This document shows, in pieces, positions 40,974-53,896 of a DNA stretch of 64,000 nt. Source of the stretch: Octopus sinensis. Lineage: Eukaryota. The position numbers and the translations under genes are program-made. A model generated the notes under the pieces. The model was not told the origin of the DNA. It made no database searches and saw nothing but the letters and a program-made list of their open reading frames with translations. The DNA lies in the NCBI RefSeq assembly GCF_006345805.1, contig NW_021833010.1, positions 1 to 64,000 of the forward strand, read 5' to 3'. The stretch's first letter is position 1. Each line of letters starts with the position of its first letter.

Positions 40974-42785
40974 TCATTTTTTTCTTCTTCTTTTGTATAG
41001 TTTTTTCGACAGGTATCGTTGAAACCCGCCTACCGCATTCGGAAATATTGTTTTCAGTATGTGGTGTTGTGCTTGTGTTATGTGTAAAATTCTGATGTGT
41101 TTCGGTGGTGTGGTGTGCGGATGATTGTTTGTCTTAAAGTCATCTTCACATATGTCCGTGTTGGATGTGATGTAGTCCATTAATTCTTTATTGTCTGTGT
41201 CTATTGCAGTTAGTTGTGTGTGTGGTTTTACGGGTTCATTGCTTTTTTGATTGTCTAGGGGGATGTTGTCCGGAGTTAGATATCTCCCTGCTTTACTTCC
41301 TTGTTTGGTGGATTTTGGGGATCTTTTCCTTTTACCCCCTGTGGCTATTTGCCATTCCGTCGAACTTTCGTCGTCCGACGTATCAGTAGAAGGTAAAGGC
41401 AAAGCATTTGCATTACTATGTATGCTTGTAGAAATTGTTGATGTTTTGTGCGGTGTTTGTGTTGTTGTGATGTTAGGGGTAGAATTTGTCTTCTCGTCAC
41501 TGTTTTCTGTCTTTTTAATTGTCGTTCTCGGTGTTGGTGTTGGTCTATTTTTTGTTGGTTCAGCATGTTGAATTGGTTGTGACGTCAACGGTGATTGTGT
41601 TGGTACTGTTTCTTTTCTTGGTGATGTTGTTGGGGTTTGTATGCTGGTTTGTTGTTTTTCTTGGCATTGTTCCATAATTGAGTGTGTTGGTGTTGGTGTT
41701 GGTGTTGGCAACAAGGGTTTTTTATTTGTTTTCTGATTTGTTCTTTCTTGTTTTTTCTGTACTAGAGCGCACTTGGCAATTAAATGTTCGGGGCTGCCAC
41801 AGTTGTAGCATCTAGGCTTTTTGCCTTCTGCTACAACATATAGGCATTGCCCATTTTCCAAGTGGATCTTATCCGGTAGGCTCTCGATAGAGGCCCCCTC
41901 AATCTGTATGGTCACCACTATTGTCTTCCCACCCCAAATGTCGCCAAGGTACACGGCGGTTTCCAAAATGTTGATATTTTTTAAATGGTAACAGATGGCC
42001 CCTGTTATCCATTTGTTAGGAATCTCGGGAGGTACATTTTTAATAGTGATTCGACTCACTCTCAGGTTTTTATAGTATGGGACCATGATGATTTCATCAT
42101 TTCCCAGAGACTCAGTAGACTGAGCTTTTGCCACTTCCTGGTTAGCGAAGCGGACCACTACTGTGTTAAACTGGGGACCGCAGTTTATATATTCTTTTTC
42201 TTTCATTATGTCTTTTAAGCATTTTTCTACATCTGTTTTTGTAATCTGTTCATTTAGTTTTTTGTTTTTTCTTATAATTTTATATATAATTGTCTTAATT
42301 TCTATTTCTTGCTTTATGTGTTGAGGTGTATATAGCACTAAATATTGCCCACGGGTTGTAAAGAGAGCTCTCGTTTCTATGAGCTCTTCATTTGTAAATG
42401 TTACAATCTCTTTCTTCTGACGCAGAGTGTCAGCCAAATTTACTGGTGTTGTTGATTTTTTTGTATTAACATCTTCACTATTAGATAGTTCATTTTTATT
42501 GTTGTTCTAGTTGTTGTTGTTGTTTTTCTTAATAGTATTCGCGTGAGTTTCATTTTTATCATTTATGTTGGTTGTGGTGGTAGTGGTGGTGGTGGTGGAG
42601 GTGGTGGTGGTAGCAGTAGTAGTCTCGTTGTTGTTGTTGTTGTTAATGGTGGTGGCGGTGGTGACAGGGCTGTTACCGCACGTGGTTGCAGCGTTCATTC
42701 CAACGATATTCATGTTTGCACTTTGCGTGCATGAGTTCTTTTTTTCTTCTCCTAGCGTTTCCAAACTAGGAAAATGCTGGTCCAT
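40974..42785 (-). pseudogene. LINE ORF1, gag-like nucleic-acid-binding protein (~600 codons, one in-frame TAG at 42507-42509)
   Basis: Track ORFs 42507..42785 and 40974..42437 are in the same frame; zinc knuckle CYNCGSPEHLIAKC (C-x2-C-x4-H-x4-C). Confidence 0.85.
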
Positions 42786-43022
42786 AAAGGAACGCGATCA
42801 GCGTTCTACAATAAAATTTCTCGACATTTTCTAACGTCGAGAAGAAAATTACAGAAATGAAATGGGGTTGAAACTGCCCTTGGGGCGAATTCCTCCCTTG
42901 GAAAAGCACTCAAACGAAAGTTGGGTGCCTTACACAACTTATTTACAAAAATGTACAGAAATATGGGCTATAAATAGTCAAAATAAACGATTACCTTCGG
43001 AGCCGAAGTGACAGCACGTCCG

Positions 43023-43024
<2 letters not shown>

Positions 43025-43116
<92 letters not shown>
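43025..43116. repeat. (GATA)23 array between the SINE tail and the LINE 5' end
   Basis: Directly visible. Confidence 0.95.
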
Positions 43117-43117
<1 letters not shown>

Positions 43118-43355
43118 GTATATATATTTCTTTACTACCCACAAGGGGCTAAACATAGAAGGGACAAACAAAGACAGACAAACGGATTAAGTCGATTGTA
43201 TCGACCCCAGTGCGTAACTGGTACTTAACTTATCGACGCCGAAAGGATGAAAGACAAAGTCGACCTCGGCGGAATTTGAACTCAGAACGTAACGACAGAC
43301 GAAATACGGCTACACATTTCGCCCGGCGTGTTAACGTTTCAGCCAGCTCGCCGCC
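43118..43355 (-). mobile_element. OR1-like SINE (tail type A) ending directly on (TATC)n
   Basis: Minus strand reads ggcggcgagctggctgaaacg...tttagccccttgtgggtagtaaagaaatatatatac|ttatctatc. Confidence 0.92.
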
Positions 43356-45094
43356 TTATGTTTTTTGCTGCATAACTAATTTGTTTAGAGTGATCTTGTA
43401 TGTGCTGTACATTAGTTCACTTCCCCCATCAAACCGACGTTACTGCCCTTCATCACCATTTTATTGCTTTTCTTTTCACACCCACCACGAGGCTCAGCTC
43501 CGGAACACCTCTTTCATTGTTTAGGTTCTTTACGGCGTGCCTATGTATGTAAATTCCGTCATACCATGTGTAACTTCACTTCGGCTCTCAACATCTTCCC
43601 GTATTTTACCCAAATGATGACGATCCAATCACTAACGTCATCAGAAATATCTTCGTATGATCCCCGTGCGTCAAGTTTTATGTATTGCGTCACCGGTCTA
43701 TGAGCAGATGTATGATGCAGCAATTCGACCTGCTTCTCGTGCAGTCTTCAGTTTTGGAAACCAAGCATACGATCCAATTAGCGCTATTCTCTGACAAATG
43801 TAGGAGATTTAACTTCACACATAGGCTAGGTCTGCTTCCACTTGTTGCTGTAAAAGCATAAAGAAAACCTTTGTGTTTTAGAAATGCAGAGTTTGCTTTT
43901 GGATAAAAAGTTCATGGAAAGAAGTACTTTCTTAGGTCACATACCTTTACCATGAAGATTTTTTTCTCTGCTAAGTCTTTTATGTCCAACAACACTGATG
44001 AGAGAATTACTGATAGTCTTTTCTATATTGTTCACAACAAACACTTCGACTCATTAAAATTAGTTTGTTTTCTTCGTTTGAGAAAATATATATGCGTGTT
44101 TCACCGTTGTTGTTGTTGTTGCTATAATTGTTAACGCTATTATTCAAATTGTTCGAATTGACAAAAAAATTAGAATATCATTGTTTTTATATATAATGTG
44201 CACGTCTTCCTCTTCCTGTGAAATTAAATTAGTTTTCTTTCTGTTTTATGTCCTTATAAATTTATTTATTGTTCTCTTTCTAACTATATCCATTTACACT
44301 TTTTTGAAGGGGGCGTTTTTATCTGGCGAGAAGCCATCTTGAGATGAATGCTACTAGAAAAAGCAAAAACAATTATTCGATTTTTTTTTTAATAACAGAC
44401 TGCATGTCTCTTTGCTATGGCGTACACGCTCAATGAATTCCTTGAAGTACCCTGATGCAAATATTCAACAAACAACATATTTTATCTTCAATTGTTTTTG
44501 ATAAGAACAAAAAAAATTAATTCCGTGAAGTACCTTGATTCAAAATATCCGACAAAAGATATACTTACCATCAGTTGCTTTTGATAAGAACAGAAAAATA
44601 TTCTATGTTTGAAGCAAGACATATTCCAACCTGTTCCATCTATACAACCATACCGCCAATTCTTTAGGTACCATCACTACAATTACTACTACTACTACTA
44701 CTACTACAACCTCAGGTACCTGTAGAATCTTTCTTCAAAACGATACCACGGCTGCTTTCGATCTGCAGTACCACTGCTAGGGCTACCAGTAACAGGACGT
44801 TACTGTCATTGCAATATTTCGTACTGCCACACAACTAGGATCACCACCTAGCTATTACCTATACCATCCGTTATCGCTCTATTTGAATACGTAGCACATC
44901 ACGTGTACCAGCTACCACTCTTACTTTTTACCTCAACTTTCCCACCGAACACAACGACAGCATGTACCACTATCACACCATTATGACTACCACACATACC
45001 ACAAGACTTCCATGCCGCATCAACCAATATCAATCTTTCTATCAATCCGTCTATCTATTGTTTTGTCCATCTATTTTCTTTTTGACGCAATCCT

Positions 45095-45173
<79 letters not shown>

Positions 45174-45175
45174 AT

Positions 45176-45292
<117 letters not shown>

Positions 45293-45379
45293 ATTAATAG
45301 CGACAGAAATAGTATTACTATCAAAAAGCAATCTTTATCTCTAGTTTAACTTCGATGTTGTGCCAGAACATAACACTGT

Positions 45380-45429
<50 letters not shown>

Positions 45430-45489
45430 TACTCATATATATGTGTGTGATGGGGGATGTCTGCTTTTGTCTCTGTTTTTATTTTACAA

Positions 45490-45527
<38 letters not shown>

Positions 45528-45884
45528 GCTCTCTTTCTAATTCACCATATTCTCTTTCTCAAAAAAAAAATAACTATAAGTACAAAACTCCTCGAAGACT
45601 CTTCCGGCTGAAGTGGTCCAAAATTGTATATAGAACGGAAAGGTAAAGAAGAAAAGAATTACCATTGAACAGAAGAGGAAAAATTAAAATGAAAAAAAAA
45701 CAAGAACATTTGATTGTGAGGAAGTGGTTCGTCCAGGAAGGTAGTAGGTAGAGGAAACTCGCCATAGTGAAACCACTTCAAGTAATTTCAAGTTTAACAA
45801 ACTCTGCTGGTCGGTTGAGTCTGTCGACACCTTTCATTCGTAATGTTCTTGTTCATAATCTGGCCTTCTGTGTATGTCTTTTAT

Positions 45885-46275
45885 ATTTTACTTGTTTCAG
45901 TCATTAGACTGCAGCCATGCTGGGACACCGCCTTGAATTTTTTTAGTTGAATGATTCCACCACCAGTACTTATTTTTTAAATCTGAAACTTATTCTCTCA
46001 GTCCCTTTTGACAGACCGCTAAGTTATGAGGACGTAAAAACACCAGCATCGGTTGTCAAGCGGTGATGAGGGAGAAAAACACAGACACAGTGGCACACAC
46101 ACATAGATATATACTGGCTTCTTTCAGTTTCCGTCTACCAAATCCACTCAAAATGCTTTGGTCGGCCCGAGGCTACAATAAAAGACACTTGCCCGAGGTA
46201 CAATGCAGTGAGACTGAACCCAGTACATGTGGTTGGGAAGCAAATCTCTTACCACAGAACTGCACCTGCGCCTAT
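45885..46275 (-). mobile_element. OR2-like SINE, full length; additional 3' halves at 46295-46500 (-) and 46860-47030 (+)
   Basis: Colinear with the reverse complement of 27572-27945. Confidence 0.85.
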
Positions 46276-47049
46276 AGCTTATCTCTTATCTTCTATTTGC
46301 TTTAGTCATTGGAAGTAGCCATGTTGAGGCACCAATTTGAAGGGTTTAGTTGAACAAATTGACCCCAGGACTTATGCTTCTTCTCTTTTGCTTTTTGTTT
46401 TTTTTTGGGGGGGGGTTGAGATTGTTACTCATTCAACTCCTATATTACTAAAACGTAAACAAACCAGCACCAGCTGTCAAGCAATTGTGCAACAAACACA
46501 AGCACACGTGTGTATGTATGTATGCAGATTATGCAATACAAGCACTTCTAGAGTAAAATCTTTATATAATATACTTAATGTATGTATATCGTTTAAAAGC
46601 CAGACGCTGCAATTTTCATCCAGATAAAATCTCTTTATAAACTGAATGTGCTAAAAACACAAATTCAGAACTTGGTCAAAGAGGAAAGTGTCTGTCTTCA
46701 AACCTTACAATGTCGTCCACCACACACCTTTTGCCAAACTTTCCAGAAAGATAAAACACTTCATGTCCTTTGCATTCCAAAGAAAGGTAGCGGAGCGTTC
46801 TTCACAATGGACTCAACTAACAACCGAATGTGTCTTACATGTGACAGTAATTTTGGACATGTCTTTGTCTCTGTGTTTGTCCACCGCTTGACAAATAGTG
46901 TTTGTGTGTTTACGTCCCAATAACACACCAGGCTTAAAGAAAATCAAGTATTGGAGTCGATTCATTCGACTAAAATCTCCAGGCTGTCCCAACGTGGCCG
47001 CAGTCTAATGATTAAAACAATTAAACGATAAAAGATAACCCCGCAAGTT

Positions 47050-47420
47050 ATGATATTCGGGGCACTGGACAATTTCGTCACTCTGCGCACATTTTGGAAA
47101 TACCCAGCTGACAGCACATCCGTTCCTATAAAGTTGACTCGAACCGACAATGCTCACCGGTAGCTCTGTCAGGCAAGGGGTTTCTGAAAATCATCCATGG
47201 GCCTCGATCTGGAAGTCCTCTGGACCAGACCAACTGGTTGTTTTCTGCCGATACTCAGATCTTTTATGCGAATGTCATCACTTTTGCTCACTATTAATCC
47301 TTTGGAGAAATTCTATTTATCGCATTGCAGGACTGGCAGAAAACTGTGAACATACCCTGACAATAATCCAGATGCCGAGTGCCTTGTCACGGTCTCTACT
47401 GGACTCAGTTCTGCAACCCT
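47050..47420 (-). mobile_element. Older, degenerate fragment of the same Tx1 family ORF2 (C-terminal region)
   Basis: Minus strand ggcccatggatgattttcagaaaccccttgcctgacagagctaccggtgagcattgtcggttcgag aligns with gggcctatggataacttccagaaatccctggcttggcagtgctatcgagatgcactacctgttcgag of the full-length copy. Confidence 0.75.
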
Positions 47421-47564
47421 CTATTAGACAGACGAACTCTGAACAAGTACGTTTGAGAAATGGCAACCATACTTATTCACTGTAATGCCATTAAGCATTT
47501 TGTCCGGCATGTTAATGATGATGCCAGCTCGCCAATTTTGCGTATACAACAGATATTAATATAG

Positions 47565-47764
47565 ACTTTATCTTTTACTTTTCAATCATTAGACGTCGGC
47601 CATGCCTTGAAGAACTTGAGTCCAACAAATAGATCCAGGACAAATTATTTTTAAAGCCTCGTACCTACTCTATCGGTATCTCTTGGCGAACCGCTATGTT
47701 ACGGGGACTTAGACACTTGAACACTGATTGTCAAGCGTGGACAGGACAAACACACAATCATATT

Positions 47765-47832
<68 letters not shown>

Positions 47833-47995
47833 AGACGGGCTTCTTTCAATCTCCGATTACCACATTGCACTCACAAACCTTTGGTTCGCCCGAAGCTAAA
47901 GTAAAAGCATATGCCTAAGGTGCCACGCACCGAGAGTGATGCATGTGGTTGAGAAGTATGGTTCTTACAACATGCCACGCCTGCGGCTATATGCA
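47565..47995 (-). mobile_element. OR2-like SINE; a further 3' half at 48010-48190 (+)
   Basis: Family 3' end, internal (CA)(TA)n, core and head are all recognisable. Confidence 0.8.
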
Positions 47996-49029
47996 CACAT
48001 GCACATATATAACTGGTGTTGGTGTGTCTACGTCCTCGTAGCATACCGGTTCTGCAAAAAGACCGATAGAATAAGTAACAGGCTTAAAGGAAAAGAAAAA
48101 AGCACTGGGGTCGAATCATTCGACTAAAAATTATTCAAGACGGTTCTCCAGCATGGCTGCAGTCTAATGACTGAAACAAGTAAGAGATAATATATATATA
48201 TATAAATATTTATGTGTGTGTGTATATGTATATATATTTATACATACCTATATACATATATATATATACATATAAATGAACATATATGTATACATATATA
48301 TATATATACATATATGTATAAATGCATACCTACATACCTGCGTACATACAAATATATACATACATACATACATGTATATGTGTGTGTGTGTATGTGTGTG
48401 TGTAAGCGAAATAGAGGAAGAGAACACAATAAATTAATAAACATATAAATTCGTACGTAAAAAATGTTCAAAAAGTAATGATGTCTCCAAATTTACTAGA
48501 AAAACTCATGAATTTTTTATGCAACCGCGAATAAAAATTTAGTAAAATAAGACTGTAATGAAAAATCTTGCTTTTGACAAAAAAACTTATACAACACGAA
48601 TTTTTTTCTTTTTTTTCAAATTTCTAGAATATATTTTCCTGCCTTTTTTTTGTTTTGGATTTCATGTAACATTTTAAATATGTATAGTGTATTTCTTTAT
48701 ATATATATATATATATAATATATATATATACATATTTCATTCTATATTATTTTGAAATGGAAAACAAGGTGGTAGGGGCTGGCTGCGTTGCTGGTGGTGG
48801 TTTTAGGGGGGATGTGGTGGTGGTGGTGGTGGCGGCGGCGGGGGCGGCGGCGGCGGTGGCGGCGGTGGTGGTGGTGGTGGTGGTGGTAGTGGTGTTGGTG
48901 GTCGTAGTGGTGGGTGAAGTGGTTGTGGCTAATCGAAGGAAATAGATCATTAATTTAGGCAAGATGATATGCATTTACCTGTGTATATGCATATGTGTGT
49001 GTATGTGTGTGTATGTGTGTGTGTGTAGC

Positions 49030-49545
49030 TACAAATGAGAGTGCGCTGATAAGTTCATAGGATGATTATCAAGGTGTGATGCTACAGGTGTGCATGCATT
49101 AATTTCAACTTGCTAATAATAACTGCATTGTTTCTTAATTAGTATTCAAAGAAAATTTCAAATGTGGGCAGCTGAATTTAAAGGTTGGGTGGAGAGTTTT
49201 GAAGATGAGCCAAAATCAAGACGCACCACCGAGGGAAAGATCTATCGTTTTCATTATAAGCTGATAGATGATGGGTGATTAACTATAAATCAAATAGCCA
49301 ATACTATTAGCATATCCTGTAAGAGAGTTGAGAATATTCAGCACAATGAACCTGACATGACGAAGGTTTCTCTTCGGTGGGTGTCACATTTTCTAAAACC
49401 TAATCAAAAGTGCACCACAAGGATTACATCACGGGAAAATCTGACACTGTTTCAGGCAGAACCAGCTGGTTTCCTTGAACATTTCCTAATCCGGGATGAG
49501 TGTTGGGTTCAAAACTTTGAACCAGAGACAGTATCAAATAGGTGC
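49030..49545 (+). mobile_element. Degenerate mariner transposase fragment (different family from 32405)
   Basis: WAAEFK...EDEPKS...LTINQIANTISIS...MTKVSLRWVSHFL...FLIRDECWVQNFEPET (mariner WVPRLL and first-D region). Confidence 0.8.
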
Positions 49546-50990
49546 ACTGGAGTTAGTAATTTATGCCACATTTTTTGGATGCTGAAGATTGAGGTTACAG
49601 AGTACTATGTCATGATTGGACAGGAGGGTTCTTTCCACTGTGATATTATGAATAGTCTTAGCATGGTTGCTTAACACTAGATCCGAGATACTTTGGTTGT
49701 ATCGCGTTGGTTCATGGACAAGTTGTGACAGGAAAAAATTATCCATTAATTTAAAAGTCCCTCCACTGCCACTTTGTCTCAGCTTGAAGTGAAGGTTCTT
49801 GGTCTAGCAATCTACAGAGAGTAGGTTGAAGTTACTCTTCATCAGAATATTTCCTTGGTTACATTGCAGCAGGAAAGATTTGATTTTCTCGGAGCACTCT
49901 TGGAAATAGTATAAGGGTGCTTGTGGGAGATACGGGTCTGAAGAGCCCAATCACAGACAGGTCTTTACTCTTGTTGTGTACAGAGACTGATTCGTAGTAG
50001 CTGTTAAAGAAAATGACCTTGGCATCTGCGCTGAAAGAATCATGGAGGAAAAGAGCAACTCCATCCTTTCTTCGGTCTGCCCGATCAGCGCGAATGGCAG
50101 TGAAGTCTCTGATTTTCAGTTCAGCCTCTAAATGGCGGTCGTTTAGGTGGGTCTCAATTAGGACAAAGAAAGGGATTGGATGTGAGTGTGCTGCAATCCA
50201 GCCATCAATGTAGGGTATTTTCCATTTTTGAGCCCTGGAGGCTGGGTTGATACCTTGGGCATTAAGGGGAAATGTCGTTGTTAAAGCAGTAACTTCGTTG
50301 CGTTTCTTCAGGATCCGCACATCATGTTTGTTTTTGTTGTTGTTGCTACTCAATCGCAGTAACAAGGGTGCTTTTCGCCTTGGGTTGGTAGTAGAAGTTG
50401 AATGCTTCTCTGGAGTTCTTTCACCGGGTTCAACATGGCTAAAAAAGAAGTTTGGTTTCTCGAGTCATTGCAGTTATTGTTGCACTGATGGAAGCGGCCG
50501 CAAATAATTTTATTATTACATTTGATTTTTCGGCTTGGTTCTCTGCTCCCCGGTTTATATAGGGGAAAGAAACCATTTTCCGTTGTTAGCGATACAGTTA
50601 TTGTGGTGATTGGACTTTGTGGAGTTAGGATAAGGACCGGGTTTGGCGTGGTTGCATCTGTTGGTGGGAGCACTCACAATATTACCACTTTTCTTAGTGC
50701 CACTATATTTACTAATGGAGCATCATGAAGAGAATAGCGGCAGTTATTGGGATTCTGCTTTGATTGCGTAAGAGGAGTGTAATGTGGTTGTTTGTTCATG
50801 GATGTTCTATAGTTGATACGTCTAGTTCCTGGGAGGTGAGTGAAAAGACAGTCTTGTCGCAAACACATCCTCACATGGAGGGAATAACGGCATACTTTTG
50901 GGTTCCGTTTTGTTTTTGAGGGTTGATTATGTGGCAATTGTTTGTTTACGGAAGATTTAGAGGTGAATGATTCTGGTAACGGTTGTTTCT
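49546..50990 (-). mobile_element. Degenerate 5' portion of a CR1/L2-group LINE (CCCH-like ORF1 + APE endonuclease), RT missing
   Basis: NAQGIN, IETHL, RADRADRRKDGVALF, SNFNL (GDFNL), LSQLVHEPTR...DLVLSN...LSNHDIV; upstream CRYSLHVRMCLRQDCLFTHLPGT. Confidence 0.75.
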
Positions 50991-51109
50991 GTTGAACTTG
51001 GTTGGGCTGAGATGTTAGCCATCTTATTGCTGGGTTGTAACGGTGAAGGACTGGTATGGGTTGTGGTGGTGGAGACAGTAGTATAGCTCATGATGACGAT
51101 GGTGACGAT

Positions 51110-51315
51110 GACGGCGCTGGCATCGATAATAATGGTGGTGACGATGGTGATGGCAGCGATGTTGCTCGTAATGATGATGATGGTGATGGCAGTGGTGCTG
51201 TTGGTGATGATAATGGTGATGGTAGTGATGTTGCTGGTGATGATAATGGTGATGGTAGTTATGTTGCTGGTGAGGATAATGGTGATGGTAGTGATGTTGC
51301 TGGTGATGGATATGA
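51110..51315. repeat. 33-bp minisatellite (agtgatgttgctggtgatgataatggtgatggt), ~5 degenerate units
   Basis: Shows as SDVAGDDNGDG repeats in the ORF track. Confidence 0.85.
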
Positions 51316-51504
51316 GGAAATGGTCGATGTTAATCATGAAGGAATTGCAGAAAGTGTGAAAAAGGTAACGTTCTTCTGCATTAAGGAAACTCTGATAATA
51401 AAATATATTCTACACTTACGGAAATTGTAAAGCGGCCTGTAATTCGGCACTTACAGTATATCTGGCAAATCTTCAGGAGTTCACAATCTAAAATTATATC
51501 TGTG

Positions 51505-51599
<95 letters not shown>

Positions 51600-52067
51600 A
51601 AATGTGTATGTGTATGCGTGTATGAAATTAACATTTTAATACGCCCGGCCGCTGGTATCGTAATTTTCTTATATCCATTCTCTGTACGCTTTTGTCGCTT
51701 GCAACCAACCAATTAAAGACTTTTAACATTCTTACTAACACCTATCCTCGATCTCCTCTCTTTCATTTTGTTTGTGTGTGCATCAATTCAAGTGACCTTA
51801 GTTTTACTATTAACTTTAATCATACGTTTCACATCGCACAGCTACACCCTTTGACATCACACCTCCACCTTCTTTTCATGTTCTTAGTTCCATTCTTGCT
51901 TGAGAAGTAGATAAAACGGTATTTTAGATAGCACTTTAAATTTGTATTTTTTGCTTACTTGTTACAAACTCTTAAGATTTTCTTAAGATGTCTTTGGTAA
52001 TCATATATAAAACAATATCATCATTTTTAGAACACTGACACACGCACATTTATATACTTACATACAC

Positions 52068-52160
<93 letters not shown>

Positions 52161-53097
52161 CACACAGGACAGAAAGATAGACAGGCAAGTAGCTCATGTC
52201 AAAATCCTCTGACGTTGGCTAGTTCAACCAAAGATGGGAGATAACTTTATTACTATAGACAATTGTTTAGGAAGGTGTTAGGTTTGTATTAGTGAGATTT
52301 TTATTAGGTTTTAAGATTATTATAATTTCACTGAGCTGTTGGAGATATGCAGTAACGTGAAAATAGACCTTTAATTAAAAACCATCCCATTGCTTATTCC
52401 CAGACGTTATTCAGACGTTTACTTAGGCTATATAATCCAATTTATCCTTCTCATTTTAAGAGAGCAGGTTCTAAATTTTAGGCTTAGCTTATATGTCTAG
52501 TGTTTGGAGTGACAATATATAGATTTCTTGTTAGTGAATGCAATAATTCCTAGAAATTCTGTGTTCTGAAAGATAGATGTGATTTTCTCATGGCCTGAGG
52601 CTTTTCTGGTGTCAGATGGACAAAAGGAAAAGTCATGTTTTAAGCAGAAAATGTAAAATTTTGCATGTTAAGTTTTCATCTTCTTTCTTCAGTGATTTTG
52701 GGAACTTTTTTTTTTTGTATATATTTATTTGCAAAGGGTATTTGTTCGCTATCAATATGTGTGTGTGCGTCTGTGCGCCTGTGTGTGTATGTGTGCGTGT
52801 GAGTATTGACTTGATGTGTCATTTTGACATGGAATGTGATGTAATCATTATTAACGCGCTTGATACTTGTTAATTAATTCTTACAGGTTTTATTGCTTTT
52901 GTTCTTGTTTCTTGCTTTGATTTTTTTTTTTTTTTATATTTCCTTGTTTAATTCTTAATGTTAATTTTATTTCATTTATTGAGTATTGTGTTGAATATGG
53001 GGCTGTTCATGTTTTTCTGCTCTTAAAAATGATTTTATCCTTTATATATACTGTTCAGTATCTACGTGTTGGAAAAAATATATCTTTCTACTTGTTC

Positions 53098-53144
<47 letters not shown>

Positions 53145-53190
53145 GTGTGTGCGTGTGTTTGTGTATGTGTGTGTGCATGTGCGTGTATGC

Positions 53191-53223
<33 letters not shown>

Positions 53224-53561
53224 TGTATGTATTAAACAAAGAAAAAATGTTTAATGATAAAAGCAAGAGGCTAAATGGATGTGTATGTATAAAAGAATTC
53301 AGTACTCAGTATTTTGGCTACAAATATTTTTGATAGTGGTCTGGTAGAGGTCTTTGTATTTATGTGTATGATTGTATGCATATGTATTTTTATTTTGTGG
53401 GGAATTGTATACATACACACACGTGCCTATGTGAAAGTGTGTGTGTATAGTGGGAGAGAGAAAGATGGAGGAGGTGAGATAAAATTTCTTATCTCTTGTT
53501 CAAAAGAGAAAATCTCTTTGCAATGGCACCCATTCAGGTTTTGGACTAGCACAAACCCACT

Positions 53562-53661
<100 letters not shown>

Positions 53662-53729
53662 CTATAGTAAGAGACATATATATATATATATATATATATA
53701 TAGCATAAATATAGATAAGGCCGGTCTAT

Positions 53730-53789
53730 GGGATTACCCTGGGTTTCACGTCCATAATGCGCTTAGCTTTATAGCGTATCATCAACCCC
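53730..53789 (-). ncRNA. Degenerate hammerhead-like motif downstream of the Penelope-like ORF
   Basis: Minus strand: GGGGT-TGATGA-t-ACG...CGT-GAAAC-CCAG-GGTA-ATCCC. C3 is missing and stem III is near-palindromic (ACCCAGGGT). Confidence 0.45.
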
Positions 53790-53896
53790 AAAACCTGTTG
53801 GCACATGGCCTCTGTAATAAGTGGACTCTCTAGGAAATGAAGGAGGAAAAGACTTCGTTACTCTGTCAACAACAGGGGACTGTATCCCTTTGATTG

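Larger units (their letters stand above)
37183..43024 (-). mobile_element. Apparently full-length (~5.84 kb) Tx1/L1-clade LINE, disabled
   Basis: ~240-nt 5'UTR, gag-like ORF1, 80-nt spacer, APE-RT ORF2, 3'UTR ending aataaaaag; (TATC)n at both junctions. The 5' boundary is inferred from the junction with the perfect GATA array. Confidence 0.92.

Noticed and set aside
43615-43660. Hammerhead-like TGATGA...GAAA...GTA with an 8-bp hairpin
   Set aside because: The TGATGA is itself sequestered in the hairpin stem and no stem I or III can be formed.
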